Origin: Dehalococcoidia bacterium
GTDB lineage: Bacteria > Chloroflexota > Dehalococcoidia > Bin125
Direction of reading: 5' to 3'
Assembly: GCA_965242485.1 (NCBI GenBank)
Contig: CBDESM010000003.1
Coordinates: 1,819,759-1,883,758 of the forward strand
Length of the DNA: 64,000 nucleotides
A program made the translations under genes and the position numbers. Each line of letters starts with the position of its first letter. The first letter of the stretch is position 1. The notes beneath the pieces were generated by a model that saw only the letters and a program-made list of their open reading frames with translations, had not been told where the DNA came from and ran no database searches. Below, piece by piece: positions 33,364 to 42,372 of the stretch.

Positions 33364-34226
33364 CGGCCCAGCAGCCGAGCGGGGTTTTCCTGCACCATCA
33401 GCCTGACTTCTTCCTCGCTGAAGCCCGACTTCAGGAACCGCTCGATCCATACCGCGAAGCCCATCGGCGCGGGCACATTCTCCGCTTGGCCCAAATCCGT
33501 CGCGAGCACGACGTGTTCGGGCCCGACCTGCCGCGCCTGTCCCGTGACCTCCGCGGTCGCCGCGTCGCGGTCCTCGCGGTGCACCGCGATCGCGCACTGC
33601 TCCAGCATCGCGCCCAGCTCCGCCGCCTGCCGCTGCGCCTCCACTGGCCACCAGAACGATGCGTGCGTGATCACCGAGCGGATGCCCCTCGTCTTGGCCG
33701 CTTGCAGCAGCGGCAGCGTTTCCTCCACGCTCAAGTGCCCGCTGGCCAGTACCGCGTCGTGCTCCGCGATCAGGTCCAGCAGCGTTTCGCAGACCGGGTC
33801 CAGTCGGCCCGCGTCGTCGACGATCCGGATCGGCGCATCATCGCTGTTCCAGCGGCCGGGGTGCAGCGAACGCCAATGCGCGGCGTCGAAGGTCGGCATC
33901 CAGACCACCGCCGCGCCCAGCAGCAGCGAGATGCGCAGCGCCTCCGGGTTCAGTCCGCCCACGCCGTGGTCGAGCGCGATCCCCCCGAACACCCGCAGCG
34001 GCGCGGCCTCGTTCGCCAGCGCCCAGGCCAGCGGCTGGGTCGGATATTCGTGGCTCTTCAGCACCAGCCCGGCCATCTTGAAGGCCTTCGCCAGCCGCAC
34101 CAGCTCCCGCGCATCCTGGACCCGCTCCGCGTACGGATCCGGCGCCGCGTGCACATGTATGTCGATTGCCCCCTCCAGCAGCCCCAGCACCATCTCCGGC
34201 GGCGGCTCGGCGCCCTGCTCGCTCAT
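33360..34226 (-). CDS. TIM-barrel metal-dependent hydrolase-like protein (amidohydrolase superfamily)
   Basis: MSEQGAEPPPEMVLGLLEGAIDIHVHAAPD carries an HxH motif, followed by ...LKSHEYPT...ASGHLS...VITHASF...ATDLGQ. The ATG at 34226 overlaps the upstream stop (ATGA). Confidence 0.7.
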   Translation of the reverse strand: MSEQGAEPPPEMVLGLLEGAIDIHVHAAPDPYAERVQDARELVRLAKAFKMAGLVLKSHEYPTQPLAWALANEAAPLRVFGGIALDHGVGGLNPEALRISLLLGAAVVWMPTFDAAHWRSLHPGRWNSDDAPIRIVDDAGRLDPVCETLLDLIAEHDAVLASGHLSVEETLPLLQAAKTRGIRSVITHASFWWPVEAQRQAAELGAMLEQCAIAVHREDRDAATAEVTGQARQVGPEHVVLATDLGQAENVPAPMGFAVWIERFLKSGFSEEEVRLMVQENPARLLGR

Positions 34227-35188
34227 GTCCCGCTCCATCCCGCCGTCCGCTCGCCCGCGGCCAGCTCTGCCAGTTTCCCGAACAAATCACCGAAGATCAG
34301 GTCCCGGTTCACGTACCGCGCCTCCGCCATCGCATGCCCGGCCTCCCGCTCGGCCCACGTTAATTCTTCGGTCAGCGACGGCGCGCGCATGATCTCCAGC
34401 GAGAGCGACTCCGGATCCGCGAGGTACCCGGTCGCCGCCAAGTCCCAGACTTCCTTCGACCGTCCCAGCTCCGGCTCTCCCTCGCGCCGCCGGTGCCCCG
34501 CGAAGATGTCCGCCAAGTACTCCCCGATCGCCCCGTGCGGGCGCACGAACCGATCCAATTCCGCCGTGGTCGTGAGCAGGTGCGAGGCGGCCCCGAAGCA
34601 GGGGACGTGCAGCAGCGGCGCCCCGCTGCCGAACACCGCCCGCGCCGCCGCAGGATCCCCGCTCAGGTTGAACTCGGCCGCCGAATGCGCATGCCGAGGC
34701 TGTCCGCCCAGCCAGACCACCGCGATCCGCTTGGTGATCGAAGGCTCCATCAGCAGCGCCGACGCCACGTTGGTCAGCGCGCCGATCGCGGCTACCCACA
34801 GCACTTCCCCCTGCGCCGTCGCCAGCGCCCGCTGCACCAGGTCCGCCGAGGCCGCGTTCGCCATCGGCTGCTCCGCGGAGGGCAGCGCTTTGTCCGCTCC
34901 CCGCAGCACCCGTCCGGCCGGATCGACGCCGAGCCGATCCAGCAGCCGCAGGATCTCCTCCTCGCTCTCGGCGACGCCTTCCGCCGGCCCCTTCTCCCCG
35001 CGCGAAAATTGCGTGGCGTAGATCGCTTCCAAACTCAGCCGTTCGCCGCTGATCAGCGCGTGCACCACGGCGAACTGATCATCGATCTCGTTCGCAGTAT
35101 CCGTGTCCAGCACCATCCGCACCCGCCCGCCCGGCGGCCGCAGGCGGCCCAGCCGTTCGGCGTCCGAGAGCTCCGGAACCCCGTGCAT
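34223..35188 (-). CDS. Inosine-uridine-preferring nucleoside hydrolase family protein
   Basis: VRMVLDTDTANEIDDQFAVVHAL carries the DxDxxxDD motif. The ATG at 35188 has AAGAGGG upstream. The track start at 35209 is a GTG without an RBS. Confidence 0.85.
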   Translation of the reverse strand: MHGVPELSDAERLGRLRPPGGRVRMVLDTDTANEIDDQFAVVHALISGERLSLEAIYATQFSRGEKGPAEGVAESEEEILRLLDRLGVDPAGRVLRGADKALPSAEQPMANAASADLVQRALATAQGEVLWVAAIGALTNVASALLMEPSITKRIAVVWLGGQPRHAHSAAEFNLSGDPAAARAVFGSGAPLLHVPCFGAASHLLTTTAELDRFVRPHGAIGEYLADIFAGHRRREGEPELGRSKEVWDLAATGYLADPESLSLEIMRAPSLTEELTWAEREAGHAMAEARYVNRDLIFGDLFGKLAELAAGERTAGWSGT

Positions 35189-35225
35189 CGCGTACCCTCT
35201 TCCCGTCACAGGTTAGGAGCTCCTC

Positions 35226-36062
35226 ATGCGGCACGGCGTCTTCATCTTCGCGACCGACCAGGCGATGGACGTGGTCGAACTCGCCCGCGCGGTCGAAGAT
35301 CGCGGCTTCGAGTGCTTCTTCGTGCCCGAGCACGTCCACATGCCGATCGAGCGCGAGACCCCCTTCCCGCTGACGCCCGACGGCTCCCTGCCGGAGGAGT
35401 ACCGCCGCATCCACGATCCCTTCGTCGCCCTCGCCGCGGCCGCCGGCGCGACCTCCGAGATCAAGCTCGGCACCGGCATCTGCCTCGTCACCGAGCACGA
35501 GCCGATCGCCCTCGCCAAGCAGATCGCCAGCCTCGACCTGATCTCCGGCGGGCGCTTCCTCTTCGGCATCGGCGCGGGCTGGCTGGCCGAGGAGATGGAG
35601 CCGCTCGGCGTCCGCTTCGCCGACCGCTGGAAGGTCACCGACCAGCGCATCGCCGCGATGAAGGCGATGTGGAGCGAGGACGAAGCCGAGTTCCATTCCG
35701 AGTTCGTCGACATCCCCAAGACCGCGGTGATCCCTAAGCCGGTCCAGCAGCCGCACCCGCCGATCCTGCTCGGCGCGGGCAGCAAGTGGGCCCGCCAGCG
35801 CGTGGTCGACTACTGCGACGGCTGGCTGCCCAACGTGCCCGCTCCGCGCTTCGTCGAACGCGGCATCCAGGACATCCAGTCGCGCGCCGCCGAAGCCGGG
35901 CGCGATTTCGACACGATCAGCATCAACGTCTTCGGCGCCGACCCCGAGGCCAAGCTCGAGTACGAGCGGATGGGCGTCGACCGCTGCATCCACCGCCTGC
36001 CCCACGCCGGCGCCGGGGAGGTCGTCGCCGAACTCGACCGCCTGGCCGAACTGGTGCTCTAG
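35226..36062 (+). CDS. LLM-class F420-dependent oxidoreductase
   Basis: 278 aa. It contains MRHGVFIFATDQAMDVVELARAVEDRGFECFFVPEHVHMP...ASLDLISGGRFLFGIGAGW. RBS AGGAG is present. Confidence 0.85.
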   Translation: MRHGVFIFATDQAMDVVELARAVEDRGFECFFVPEHVHMPIERETPFPLTPDGSLPEEYRRIHDPFVALAAAAGATSEIKLGTGICLVTEHEPIALAKQIASLDLISGGRFLFGIGAGWLAEEMEPLGVRFADRWKVTDQRIAAMKAMWSEDEAEFHSEFVDIPKTAVIPKPVQQPHPPILLGAGSKWARQRVVDYCDGWLPNVPAPRFVERGIQDIQSRAAEAGRDFDTISINVFGADPEAKLEYERMGVDRCIHRLPHAGAGEVVAELDRLAELVL

Positions 36063-36098
36063 ATGCCCGCTGCCAGACGGCTTCCCGGCGGCCTACGC

Positions 36099-36596
36099 CT
36101 ACTTGTAGCGCCGCCCGCGTTGCTCCCGGCTGCGCTCGCCGACGTACTCGTAGACCGGCACCCCGTAGCCGCACGATGTCTGCGTCCGCTCCACTTGGAT
36201 CTCGATCACCTGCCGCTCGGCTGTGGGGATATCGACGGCCCGCAGCGCTTCCGCTTGTTCCACGAGTACCGACTCCTCCAGCGGCATCGCCTCCGCATGC
36301 CCGTAGAGCCGCACGATCGCCACATCGTCGGCCGACATCGACATCACCATCAGGGTGATCGGCCCGCCCGCTGCGGAATGCCGCGCCGTCTCGTTGCCGC
36401 TCCCGCGGTAATCGAAGTACGCCACTCGGTGCTGATCGATCACGAACAGATCCGCCGCCCCCTTGGGCGACAGGTTCACCGCTCCCTGCCCGTCCGGCCC
36501 CTCGTCCATCGCCGGGTCCGCCGAAGCGACGAAGAACACGCGCGAATCCCGGATCAGTTCCGCCTGCTCCTCCGTGATGTGGTCCAACGTCGGCAT
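36099..36596 (-). CDS. Pyridoxamine 5'-phosphate oxidase-like (split-barrel flavin/F420-binding) protein
   Basis: 165 aa. It contains ITEEQAELIRDSRVFFVASAD...VNLSPKG...FDYRGSGNETARH. Confidence 0.75.
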   Translation of the reverse strand: MPTLDHITEEQAELIRDSRVFFVASADPAMDEGPDGQGAVNLSPKGAADLFVIDQHRVAYFDYRGSGNETARHSAAGGPITLMVMSMSADDVAIVRLYGHAEAMPLEESVLVEQAEALRAVDIPTAERQVIEIQVERTQTSCGYGVPVYEYVGERSREQRGRRYK

Positions 36597-36614
36597 TGCC
36601 CGCCCTCCGATCTG

Positions 36615-37367
36615 CTATCCGCGCGCGTTCCACGACGCCCAAGTCGCCGCCGTCAAGGGGCGGACATCGCCGCTCGCCAAGTCCAAAATCAGGATGTTCC
36701 AGTTCGCATCCACGTAGGCGTGGAAGGCGATTTGATCGCCGCTCGGCGACCACGAAGGTTTGCCCGCGGGCATCGGCGTCGGCAACGTCGTAACCATCCC
36801 TGCATCCAGATCGGCCACTTGGATGCCGTCGTCCCGCTCGAACGCGATCCGGTCTCCCCCCGGGTGCCAGGCCGGGGCTGCCCCGCGCTGCCCACCCTCC
36901 AGCGGCTGCGCCGCGCCCGTCTCCGCTTCCACGATCTCGATCCCGCTCGCTCGAGTCACCGCGAGCTGCCGTCCGTCCGGCGCCCATGTCGGATCGCGGG
37001 CATCGATTCCTGTTTCAATCTCGCTTCCGCATCCTCGCAGCGCCAATCTGCCGTCTCGGATGACCGCGATCCGGCCGTTCTGCGACCAAGCCGCCTGCGT
37101 CGCGGCATCATCGAAACGCTGCGGCGCGCCGCCGTCGAGCGGCGCGAGGTCGATCCCGCCGCGACGGTGCACCGCGACCGCCAGCCCGTCCGATCTCCAA
37201 GCCGGATCGTCCGCCGTGGCCCCTTTGGTGAGGCGCTGCGGATCGCCGCCTCCTGCCGGGGCGACGTAGAGGTCCCAGCCTTCCGCCCGATTGGAGAGGA
37301 AGGCGATCAGCGCCCCGTCCGGCGACCAGGCCGGCGACATTCCGTTGCCCGCCGAGATCAGCTCCAT
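36615..37367 (-). CDS. PD40/TolB-like beta-propeller repeat protein
   Basis: 250 aa with repeated PAWSPDGALIAF, PTWAPDGRQLAV, PAWHPGGDRIAF and PSWSPSGDQIAF units. No signal peptide is evident. Confidence 0.75.
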   Translation of the reverse strand: MELISAGNGMSPAWSPDGALIAFLSNRAEGWDLYVAPAGGGDPQRLTKGATADDPAWRSDGLAVAVHRRGGIDLAPLDGGAPQRFDDAATQAAWSQNGRIAVIRDGRLALRGCGSEIETGIDARDPTWAPDGRQLAVTRASGIEIVEAETGAAQPLEGGQRGAAPAWHPGGDRIAFERDDGIQVADLDAGMVTTLPTPMPAGKPSWSPSGDQIAFHAYVDANWNILILDLASGDVRPLTAATWASWNARG

Positions 37368-37429
37368 CCCGCACCCCGCAACGGCTCCCGCCCCGCAGCC
37401 GGGGCCCGCGTAGAATAGGCGGCGTTGCG

Positions 37430-37912
37430 TTGAACCGGCATTTCACTGTGACCGCTTTCGTCTCCACTCCTGAAGCCACCCTGCTGCATTGGCATCGCAA
37501 GGTCGGCCTTTGGCTCCCGCCCGGCGGCCACGTCGAGCCCGACGAGGATCCCGTTCAAGCCGCACTCCGCGAAACCCGCGAGGAGACGGGGCTCGAGGTC
37601 GAGATCCTCCCCTGCGGACAGCGCCATCAATTCGCCGACCCGGCCCAGCTCCCGCCGCCGACCACGATCATGCTCGAACCGATCGGCGAATCGAATGAAG
37701 GCCCGCCGCACCAGCACATCGACATGATCTACTTCTCCCGCCCGCGCGATGATTCCGCGTCGGTCGGCGAGCAGTGGCATTGGGTCGACCGCAACCAGCT
37801 CGCCTGCAACGATCCGATCGTGACCGGGGCCGGGCGCTCGTACATCTCCGAGGACGTCCGCGTGCTCGGCATCGCCTCAATCGACCGCAGCGCCGCCGAG
37901 GGGTCGCCATGA
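37430..37912 (+). CDS. NUDIX hydrolase
   Basis: The Nudix box is GGHVEPDEDPVQAALRETREETGL. The track start is a TTG at 37430; a GTG at 37448 is an alternative. The -10-like TAGAAT lies at 37411-37416. Confidence 0.85.
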   Translation: MNRHFTVTAFVSTPEATLLHWHRKVGLWLPPGGHVEPDEDPVQAALRETREETGLEVEILPCGQRHQFADPAQLPPPTTIMLEPIGESNEGPPHQHIDMIYFSRPRDDSASVGEQWHWVDRNQLACNDPIVTGAGRSYISEDVRVLGIASIDRSAAEGSP

Positions 37913-39180
37913 TCGGAATCCAGCAGCTCCGCGAGCAGCGCGACGAGATCGAACGCTCCCTCCGCCGACGCCGCGCCGAAGCCCCCGTCGCCGAGGCGGC
38001 CGCCGCCGAGCAGCGCTGGCGCGAGCTCTTGGGCGAGGTCGAAGAACTGCGGGCGCAGCGCAATCAAGCCGGCCGGCAGATCGGCAAGGCCGAGGACGAC
38101 GATGAGCGCCAGCGCCTGATCGCCGCCCAGCGGGAGACGGCGGCCCGCCTCGACGAGCTGGAAGCGGCGCTCAAGCAGACTGAGTCTGAACTCAATGAAA
38201 CCCTCGCCGAGTTCCCCAACTTGGCCAGCGACGCCACGCCCGACGGCGACGACGAGTCCGGCAACGTCGTCGTCCGCACCGTCGGCAGCGCCCCCGCGTT
38301 CGACTACGAACCGCTCGCCCATTGGGATTTGGGCGACCGCTTGGGGATCATCGATACGGAGCGGGCGGCCGAGATGAGCGGCTCCCGGATGTACGTCCTG
38401 CGCGGCAAGGGCGCGCGACTCCAGCGCGCGCTGATCGGCTGGTTCCTCGACAAGCTCTCGGCCGCCGGGTACGAGGAGTACTACCTGCCCGCGATGGTCC
38501 GCGAGACCGCGATGCACGCATCCGGCCAGCTGCCCAAATTCCGCGACAACCTCTACCGCGACGCCGAAGAGGACTACTTCATGGTCCCCACCGCCGAGGT
38601 GCCGCTGACCAACCTGCACGCCGGCGAAATCCTCGACGAGGCTGACCTGCCCCGCAAATACGCCGCGCATACGCCCTGCTTCCGACGCGAAAAGGCCAGC
38701 GCCGGGCGGGATGTGCGCGGGATCAAGCGCGTGCACCAGTTCGAAAAAGTCGAGATGTACCAGTTCACCCGCCCGGATCAGTCGGCGGAGGCGCTGGACG
38801 GGATGCTCGCGCACTCCGAATCGCTGCTCGCCGAGCTGGGCTTGCACTACCGCGTGATCCAGCTCTGCAGCGGGGACTTGGGCTTCAGCGCCGCCATCAC
38901 CTACGACTTGGAAGTCTGGGCGCCTGGCGCGCAGGAGTGGCTGGAGGTCAGCAGCATCTCCAACTGCACCGACTTCCAAGCCCGCCGCGCCGGCGTCCGC
39001 TACCGCCCGGAACAAGGCTCCGGCACCCGCTTCGTCCACACCCTCAACGGCAGCGCCCTCGCGCTGCCCCGCACGGTCGCCGCCGTGCTCGAAAACGGCC
39101 AGCAAGCGGACGGCACGATCATCCTGCCTAAAGCGCTGCACGCCCGCTGCGGCTTCGCGACCATCGAGCCGCCCGCATGA
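37909..39180 (+). CDS. serS: Seryl-tRNA synthetase
   Basis: 423 aa. It has an N-terminal coiled coil (MIGIQQLREQRDEIERSL...) and class-II motifs (...GSRMYVLRGKGARLQRALI..., FRRE, TLNGSALALPRTVAAVLEN). Its ATG overlaps the NUDIX stop (ATGA). Confidence 0.95.
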   Translation: MIGIQQLREQRDEIERSLRRRRAEAPVAEAAAAEQRWRELLGEVEELRAQRNQAGRQIGKAEDDDERQRLIAAQRETAARLDELEAALKQTESELNETLAEFPNLASDATPDGDDESGNVVVRTVGSAPAFDYEPLAHWDLGDRLGIIDTERAAEMSGSRMYVLRGKGARLQRALIGWFLDKLSAAGYEEYYLPAMVRETAMHASGQLPKFRDNLYRDAEEDYFMVPTAEVPLTNLHAGEILDEADLPRKYAAHTPCFRREKASAGRDVRGIKRVHQFEKVEMYQFTRPDQSAEALDGMLAHSESLLAELGLHYRVIQLCSGDLGFSAAITYDLEVWAPGAQEWLEVSSISNCTDFQARRAGVRYRPEQGSGTRFVHTLNGSALALPRTVAAVLENGQQADGTIILPKALHARCGFATIEPPA

Positions 39181-39998
39181 CCGCGCGGGACGGCTATTTC
39201 GCCGCCAATCGCAAGCGCTGGGACGAAGTCGTCGGCATCCACGCGGCCTCCGACTTCTACGGCGTCGACCGATTCCTCGCCGGCGAATCGACCCTGCTCG
39301 ATTTGGACCGCGAGGAGGTCGGCGACGTCTCCGGCAAGTCGCTGCTGCACCTCCAGTGCCATTTCGGCATGGACACGCTCTCCTGGGCCCGCGAGGGCGC
39401 GGCCGTCACCGGCTTGGACTTCTCGCCCGAAGCCGTCGCCGCGGCCCGCGACCTCGCCCGGAAAGCCGGCTTGGACGCCACTTTCATCGAGGCCAACGTG
39501 TACGAGGCCGAAACAGTAATCGACGGCCGTTTCGATATCGTCTACGTCAACCTCGGCGCGCTCTGCTGGCTGCCCGATGTCCGGGAATGGGCGCGCGTCG
39601 CCGCCAGTTTCGTCAGGCCGGGCGGCTTCTTGTACCTCCGCGACGCCCACCCGGCAGCGATGACGCTGGATCTCGACGTCGAAGATCAGTCGTACGTGAT
39701 GCGCTACCCCTACTTTGAAACCGAAGAGCCGCTGCGTTGGGACGACGTAGAAGATTACGCCGACGCAACAGCGGAACTGGACAACCCCATTTTTTATGAA
39801 TGGAATCACGGCCTCGGCGAAATCGTCACCGCGATCATCGCAACCGGACTCCGCTTGGAATTCCTCCACGAACAGCAATGGTCGGTTTACCGCGCGACCC
39901 CGTGGATGCAGGAAACCGAACGCGGCATCTTCCGCCTCCCCGCCCCCGACCGCCAAATCACCCCCCTGATGTTCTCCCTCCGCGCCGCCCGGCCCTAG
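39177..39998 (+). CDS. Class I SAM-dependent methyltransferase
   Basis: 273 aa. The SAM-binding region is SLLHLQCHFGMDTLSWAREGAAVTGLDFSPEAV. Its ATG overlaps the serS stop (ATGA). Confidence 0.8.
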   Translation: MTARDGYFAANRKRWDEVVGIHAASDFYGVDRFLAGESTLLDLDREEVGDVSGKSLLHLQCHFGMDTLSWAREGAAVTGLDFSPEAVAAARDLARKAGLDATFIEANVYEAETVIDGRFDIVYVNLGALCWLPDVREWARVAASFVRPGGFLYLRDAHPAAMTLDLDVEDQSYVMRYPYFETEEPLRWDDVEDYADATAELDNPIFYEWNHGLGEIVTAIIATGLRLEFLHEQQWSVYRATPWMQETERGIFRLPAPDRQITPLMFSLRAARP

Positions 39999-40462
39999 GT
40001 CCTGGCTGCACGCAGATGGTTGAAATTCACGCAGCTTTGCGGCTCTTCGTCGAGCGCTGAGCGGTAGAGCTGGCCGTCTGCCGTCAAAAGCGGCACTTCG
40101 GCCGATGCAGCTTCGATGAGCACGGCGTCGGCGAGGCCGAGCCAGCGGAATTCTTCGCGGTTGGCGGCTGTACGGCTGGCAATCACGATCTCGCGCGATT
40201 CGTCGATCAGCCGCCGCAGTTGATCGAGAATGTCGCCCCGTTCGGGCTCTCCGTGCTGCCGCAAAAGGTTCGATGCTTCGGTCAGCGTGTTGGGCGTGAC
40301 GAATACCTGCGCGGTCTCTCCGACGAAGCTGTTCAACGTGTCGAAATCTGCAATGGAGAAGCCCGACAGTCTCCGATGGCGCGGAATCAGGGCAGGATCG
40401 AGCCTGCCGACGACGAAGAGGACGAGCAGTTGGGCATCGATGAAGATTCCGCGGTACTGCAC
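39995..40462 (-). CDS. PIN-domain protein (toxin-like)
   Basis: 155 aa. Acidic positions are spaced as in PIN domains: IFIDAQ, TPNTLTEASN, LGLADAVLIEAA, LLTADGQL. GC is lower than in flanking genes. Confidence 0.6.
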   Translation of the reverse strand: MQYRGIFIDAQLLVLFVVGRLDPALIPRHRRLSGFSIADFDTLNSFVGETAQVFVTPNTLTEASNLLRQHGEPERGDILDQLRRLIDESREIVIASRTAANREEFRWLGLADAVLIEAASAEVPLLTADGQLYRSALDEEPQSCVNFNHLRAART

Positions 40463-40466
40463 GGGA

Positions 40467-40775
40467 TCACCGGGGTTCGGCCAAAACCGGGTCGGTCACC
40501 GAGAGGATCGCGCCGTCCGCATCGCGGATGTTCACCATCTTGTATGCCCGGGCCCGGTGCTGCCAGCGCATCATCGTGGCGGTGTCGAGGCGGCGATTCC
40601 ACGGCCGGGTGAAGCCGATCGTGATCTTCCAAACGTCGGCTGGACTGCCCGAGTCCGTGCTGGCGGCCAGCCCATCGAAGACGGCTTCTTCCAAGCCGAC
40701 ATCTTCGATTTCCTCGTCGGCGAACAGCTCGGCGATGTGGGCTTTGGCTAGGCGAACGGCGTCCATCACTTCCAT
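40467..40775 (-). CDS. 102-aa hypothetical protein upstream of the PIN gene (antitoxin position)
   Basis: MEVMDAVRLAKAHIAELFADEEIED...WKITIGFTRPW...YKMVNIRDADGAILSV. The ATG at 40775 has a GGAGG 8 nt upstream, and the gene ends 4 nt before the PIN start. I recognise no family. Confidence 0.5.
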   Translation of the reverse strand: MEVMDAVRLAKAHIAELFADEEIEDVGLEEAVFDGLAASTDSGSPADVWKITIGFTRPWNRRLDTATMMRWQHRARAYKMVNIRDADGAILSVTDPVLAEPR

Positions 40776-40797
40776 TCGAGCGACCTCCGAGGCGATC

Positions 40798-41601
40798 TTA
40801 CTCATGCGGCGTCCGGAACGGGCCGCCGATTGGGACTTTGGCGGGGGTGGTGAAGGTGGGGTGGATGGCCCGGGTGAGGGCGGCGCGGGGGCGGCCGCCT
40901 TGGCGCATCCGCTGGCGGGATTCTTCGCTGAAGGCCCAAGTGTCGGCGTTGGCCCTGGTGGCGTGCCAGTGGTCGATGCCCGCGTAGCCGGTGAACAGGA
41001 CGACCATGTCGCAATCGTCTCCGGCATCGTCGTTCGGGTGCGGTTCGGCGGCTCGGTACATCCCTTGCACGCGGGCGCCGCCGGCTTCGATTTCGGGCCA
41101 GATGAACTCGCGGGAAAGCTGCTCGAACTCGTCGAACGATCCCCGCGGTATCCAGAACCGCCGCATCACGACGAGGCCGGGATCGGAGACCGGCGGCAGC
41201 GCCGACTGCTCGGCCGGGCCGCTGAAGTACGGCGGCCAAAAGGGTCCGCCGATCTTCACGCGGCAAGGTTCGAGGAAAGAAGGATGCACCGCCAGCGTGA
41301 GCGCGCGACGGGCCTGCGCGCCCTCTTCCTTCCGCGCGCGGAGCTCTTCGCCGTATGCCCAGCTGTCGGCGTCGGCCCGAGTTGCGAGGAAGTGATCATG
41401 GTCGACGTAGGCCGTCACCAGGATCGCCATGTCGCTCGATCCATCCGCTGCGGGATGGGGATGCGGCTCCTCGGCCAGATACAGGCCGAGTATCCGCTGG
41501 CCGCAGGCCTCGGCGACGGGCCAGACCTGTTCGCGCGAGAGCCGCGCGAATTCGCCGAACGTTCCCGCTTTCAACCAGAGCCTGTGCATGACCACGAGCA
41601 T
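40798..41601 (-). CDS. Tandem-duplicated NIPSNAP/Dabb-like (dimeric alpha-beta barrel) protein
   Basis: 267 aa made of two homologous halves: MHRLWLKAGTFGEFARLSREQVWP...YLAEEPHP and VMRRFWIPRGSFDEFEQLSREFIWP...YRAAEPHP. Confidence 0.65.
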   Translation of the reverse strand: MLVVMHRLWLKAGTFGEFARLSREQVWPVAEACGQRILGLYLAEEPHPHPAADGSSDMAILVTAYVDHDHFLATRADADSWAYGEELRARKEEGAQARRALTLAVHPSFLEPCRVKIGGPFWPPYFSGPAEQSALPPVSDPGLVVMRRFWIPRGSFDEFEQLSREFIWPEIEAGGARVQGMYRAAEPHPNDDAGDDCDMVVLFTGYAGIDHWHATRANADTWAFSEESRQRMRQGGRPRAALTRAIHPTFTTPAKVPIGGPFRTPHE

Positions 41602-41618
41602 TTCGGCCTCCGCTCCGA

Positions 41619-42284
41619 TTGGCGCTGCTGCGGATAGTAGTGTGCCGTGCGGAGGCGATGATGGTGATTTCGCGGCTGTTCCGGCGCGGTCCCGGCTTCG
41701 CCGAGCGGAGCGCGGAGCTGGCGGGGCTATTCACGGCGCGGGGCGTCGCGGCGTCGCCGGCGGAGCAGGATGCCAAGCGGCGCGGCGAAGAGCGGGTGGT
41801 CGCCGGTGCCGATCTGGAAGGCCAGCCCGTCTCGTCGGCAGAGCTGGTCGAACTGTCCGGGCGGGGGATGCACGGGGGGGAGCGCCGGGTGACGGGCCTG
41901 CACGGCTACGTGGCGCTTGACCTGCTCGCGGACGGCTGGCCGCGCGATTGGGACGAGGGGCTGGTCCGCTCCCGCAGGGTTTTCCCGAGCACCGGGCTGG
42001 GGCAGGCGCGCGACGCCGAGTGGGAGCCGTCGGAGCCGTCGGCCACGGCCGCGCGCCGTGCCGCCGAGCTGCTCAACGGCAGCGCCGGCCTGCATGATCG
42101 GCTCTTGGCTCTGCTGCGCGATTCCTCGGTGATCGACTGCCGGATCGCGCCGCACCGCGACTGGCTGCGGCTGTCGATCTACCGCACCGGCGAGACGCCG
42201 CTCGGCGCGGATGCCGATTTCCTGCTGCTCTGCGGCCGCGTGCTGGCGGAGGGGGAGGGATTCGAACCCCCGGGACGCCAGTGA
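41619..42284 (+). CDS. Hypothetical protein; its 3' end overlaps tRNA-Ser on the opposite strand
   Basis: 221-aa ORF with strong GC3 bias and protein-like composition (...HDRLLALLRDSSVIDCRIAPHRDWLRLSIYRTGE...). The last 13 codons are encoded by the complement of the tRNA. I recognise no family, and the start is uncertain. Confidence 0.4.
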   Translation: MALLRIVVCRAEAMMVISRLFRRGPGFAERSAELAGLFTARGVAASPAEQDAKRRGEERVVAGADLEGQPVSSAELVELSGRGMHGGERRVTGLHGYVALDLLADGWPRDWDEGLVRSRRVFPSTGLGQARDAEWEPSEPSATAARRAAELLNGSAGLHDRLLALLRDSSVIDCRIAPHRDWLRLSIYRTGETPLGADADFLLLCGRVLAEGEGFEPPGRQ

Positions 42285-42335
42285 CGCCCAACGGTTTTCA
42301 AGACCGCCGCCATAAGCCGCTCGGCCACCCCTCCG
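42245..42335 (-). tRNA. tRNA-Ser (anticodon UGA)
   Basis: On the reverse strand the sequence is GGAGGGG-TG-GCC..GGC-GCGGT-CTTGAAA-ACCGT, a long variable arm, GGGGG-TTCGAAT-CCCTC, then CCCCTCC-G-CCA. It is 91 nt with an encoded CCA. Confidence 0.93.
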
Positions 42336-42372
42336 CGTAAGCGGATCGTACCCCGCGGAGCCGTGCTCGCGG

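Noticed and set aside
39960-40010. Direct repeat of the tRNA-Ser 3' end that would mark the far boundary of an integrated islet
   Set aside because: Only an 8-nt CCCTCCGC match was found, in the inverted orientation. No integrase is present, so the islet hypothesis stays weak.
42245-42335. Whether this tRNA could be tRNA-Sec (selC), given the in-frame TGA candidates
   Set aside because: The anticodon loop reads CTTGAAA, giving anticodon UGA (which reads UCA Ser), not UCA. The 7-bp acceptor and 5-bp T stem are normal for tRNA-Ser. It provides no evidence for or against Sec usage.
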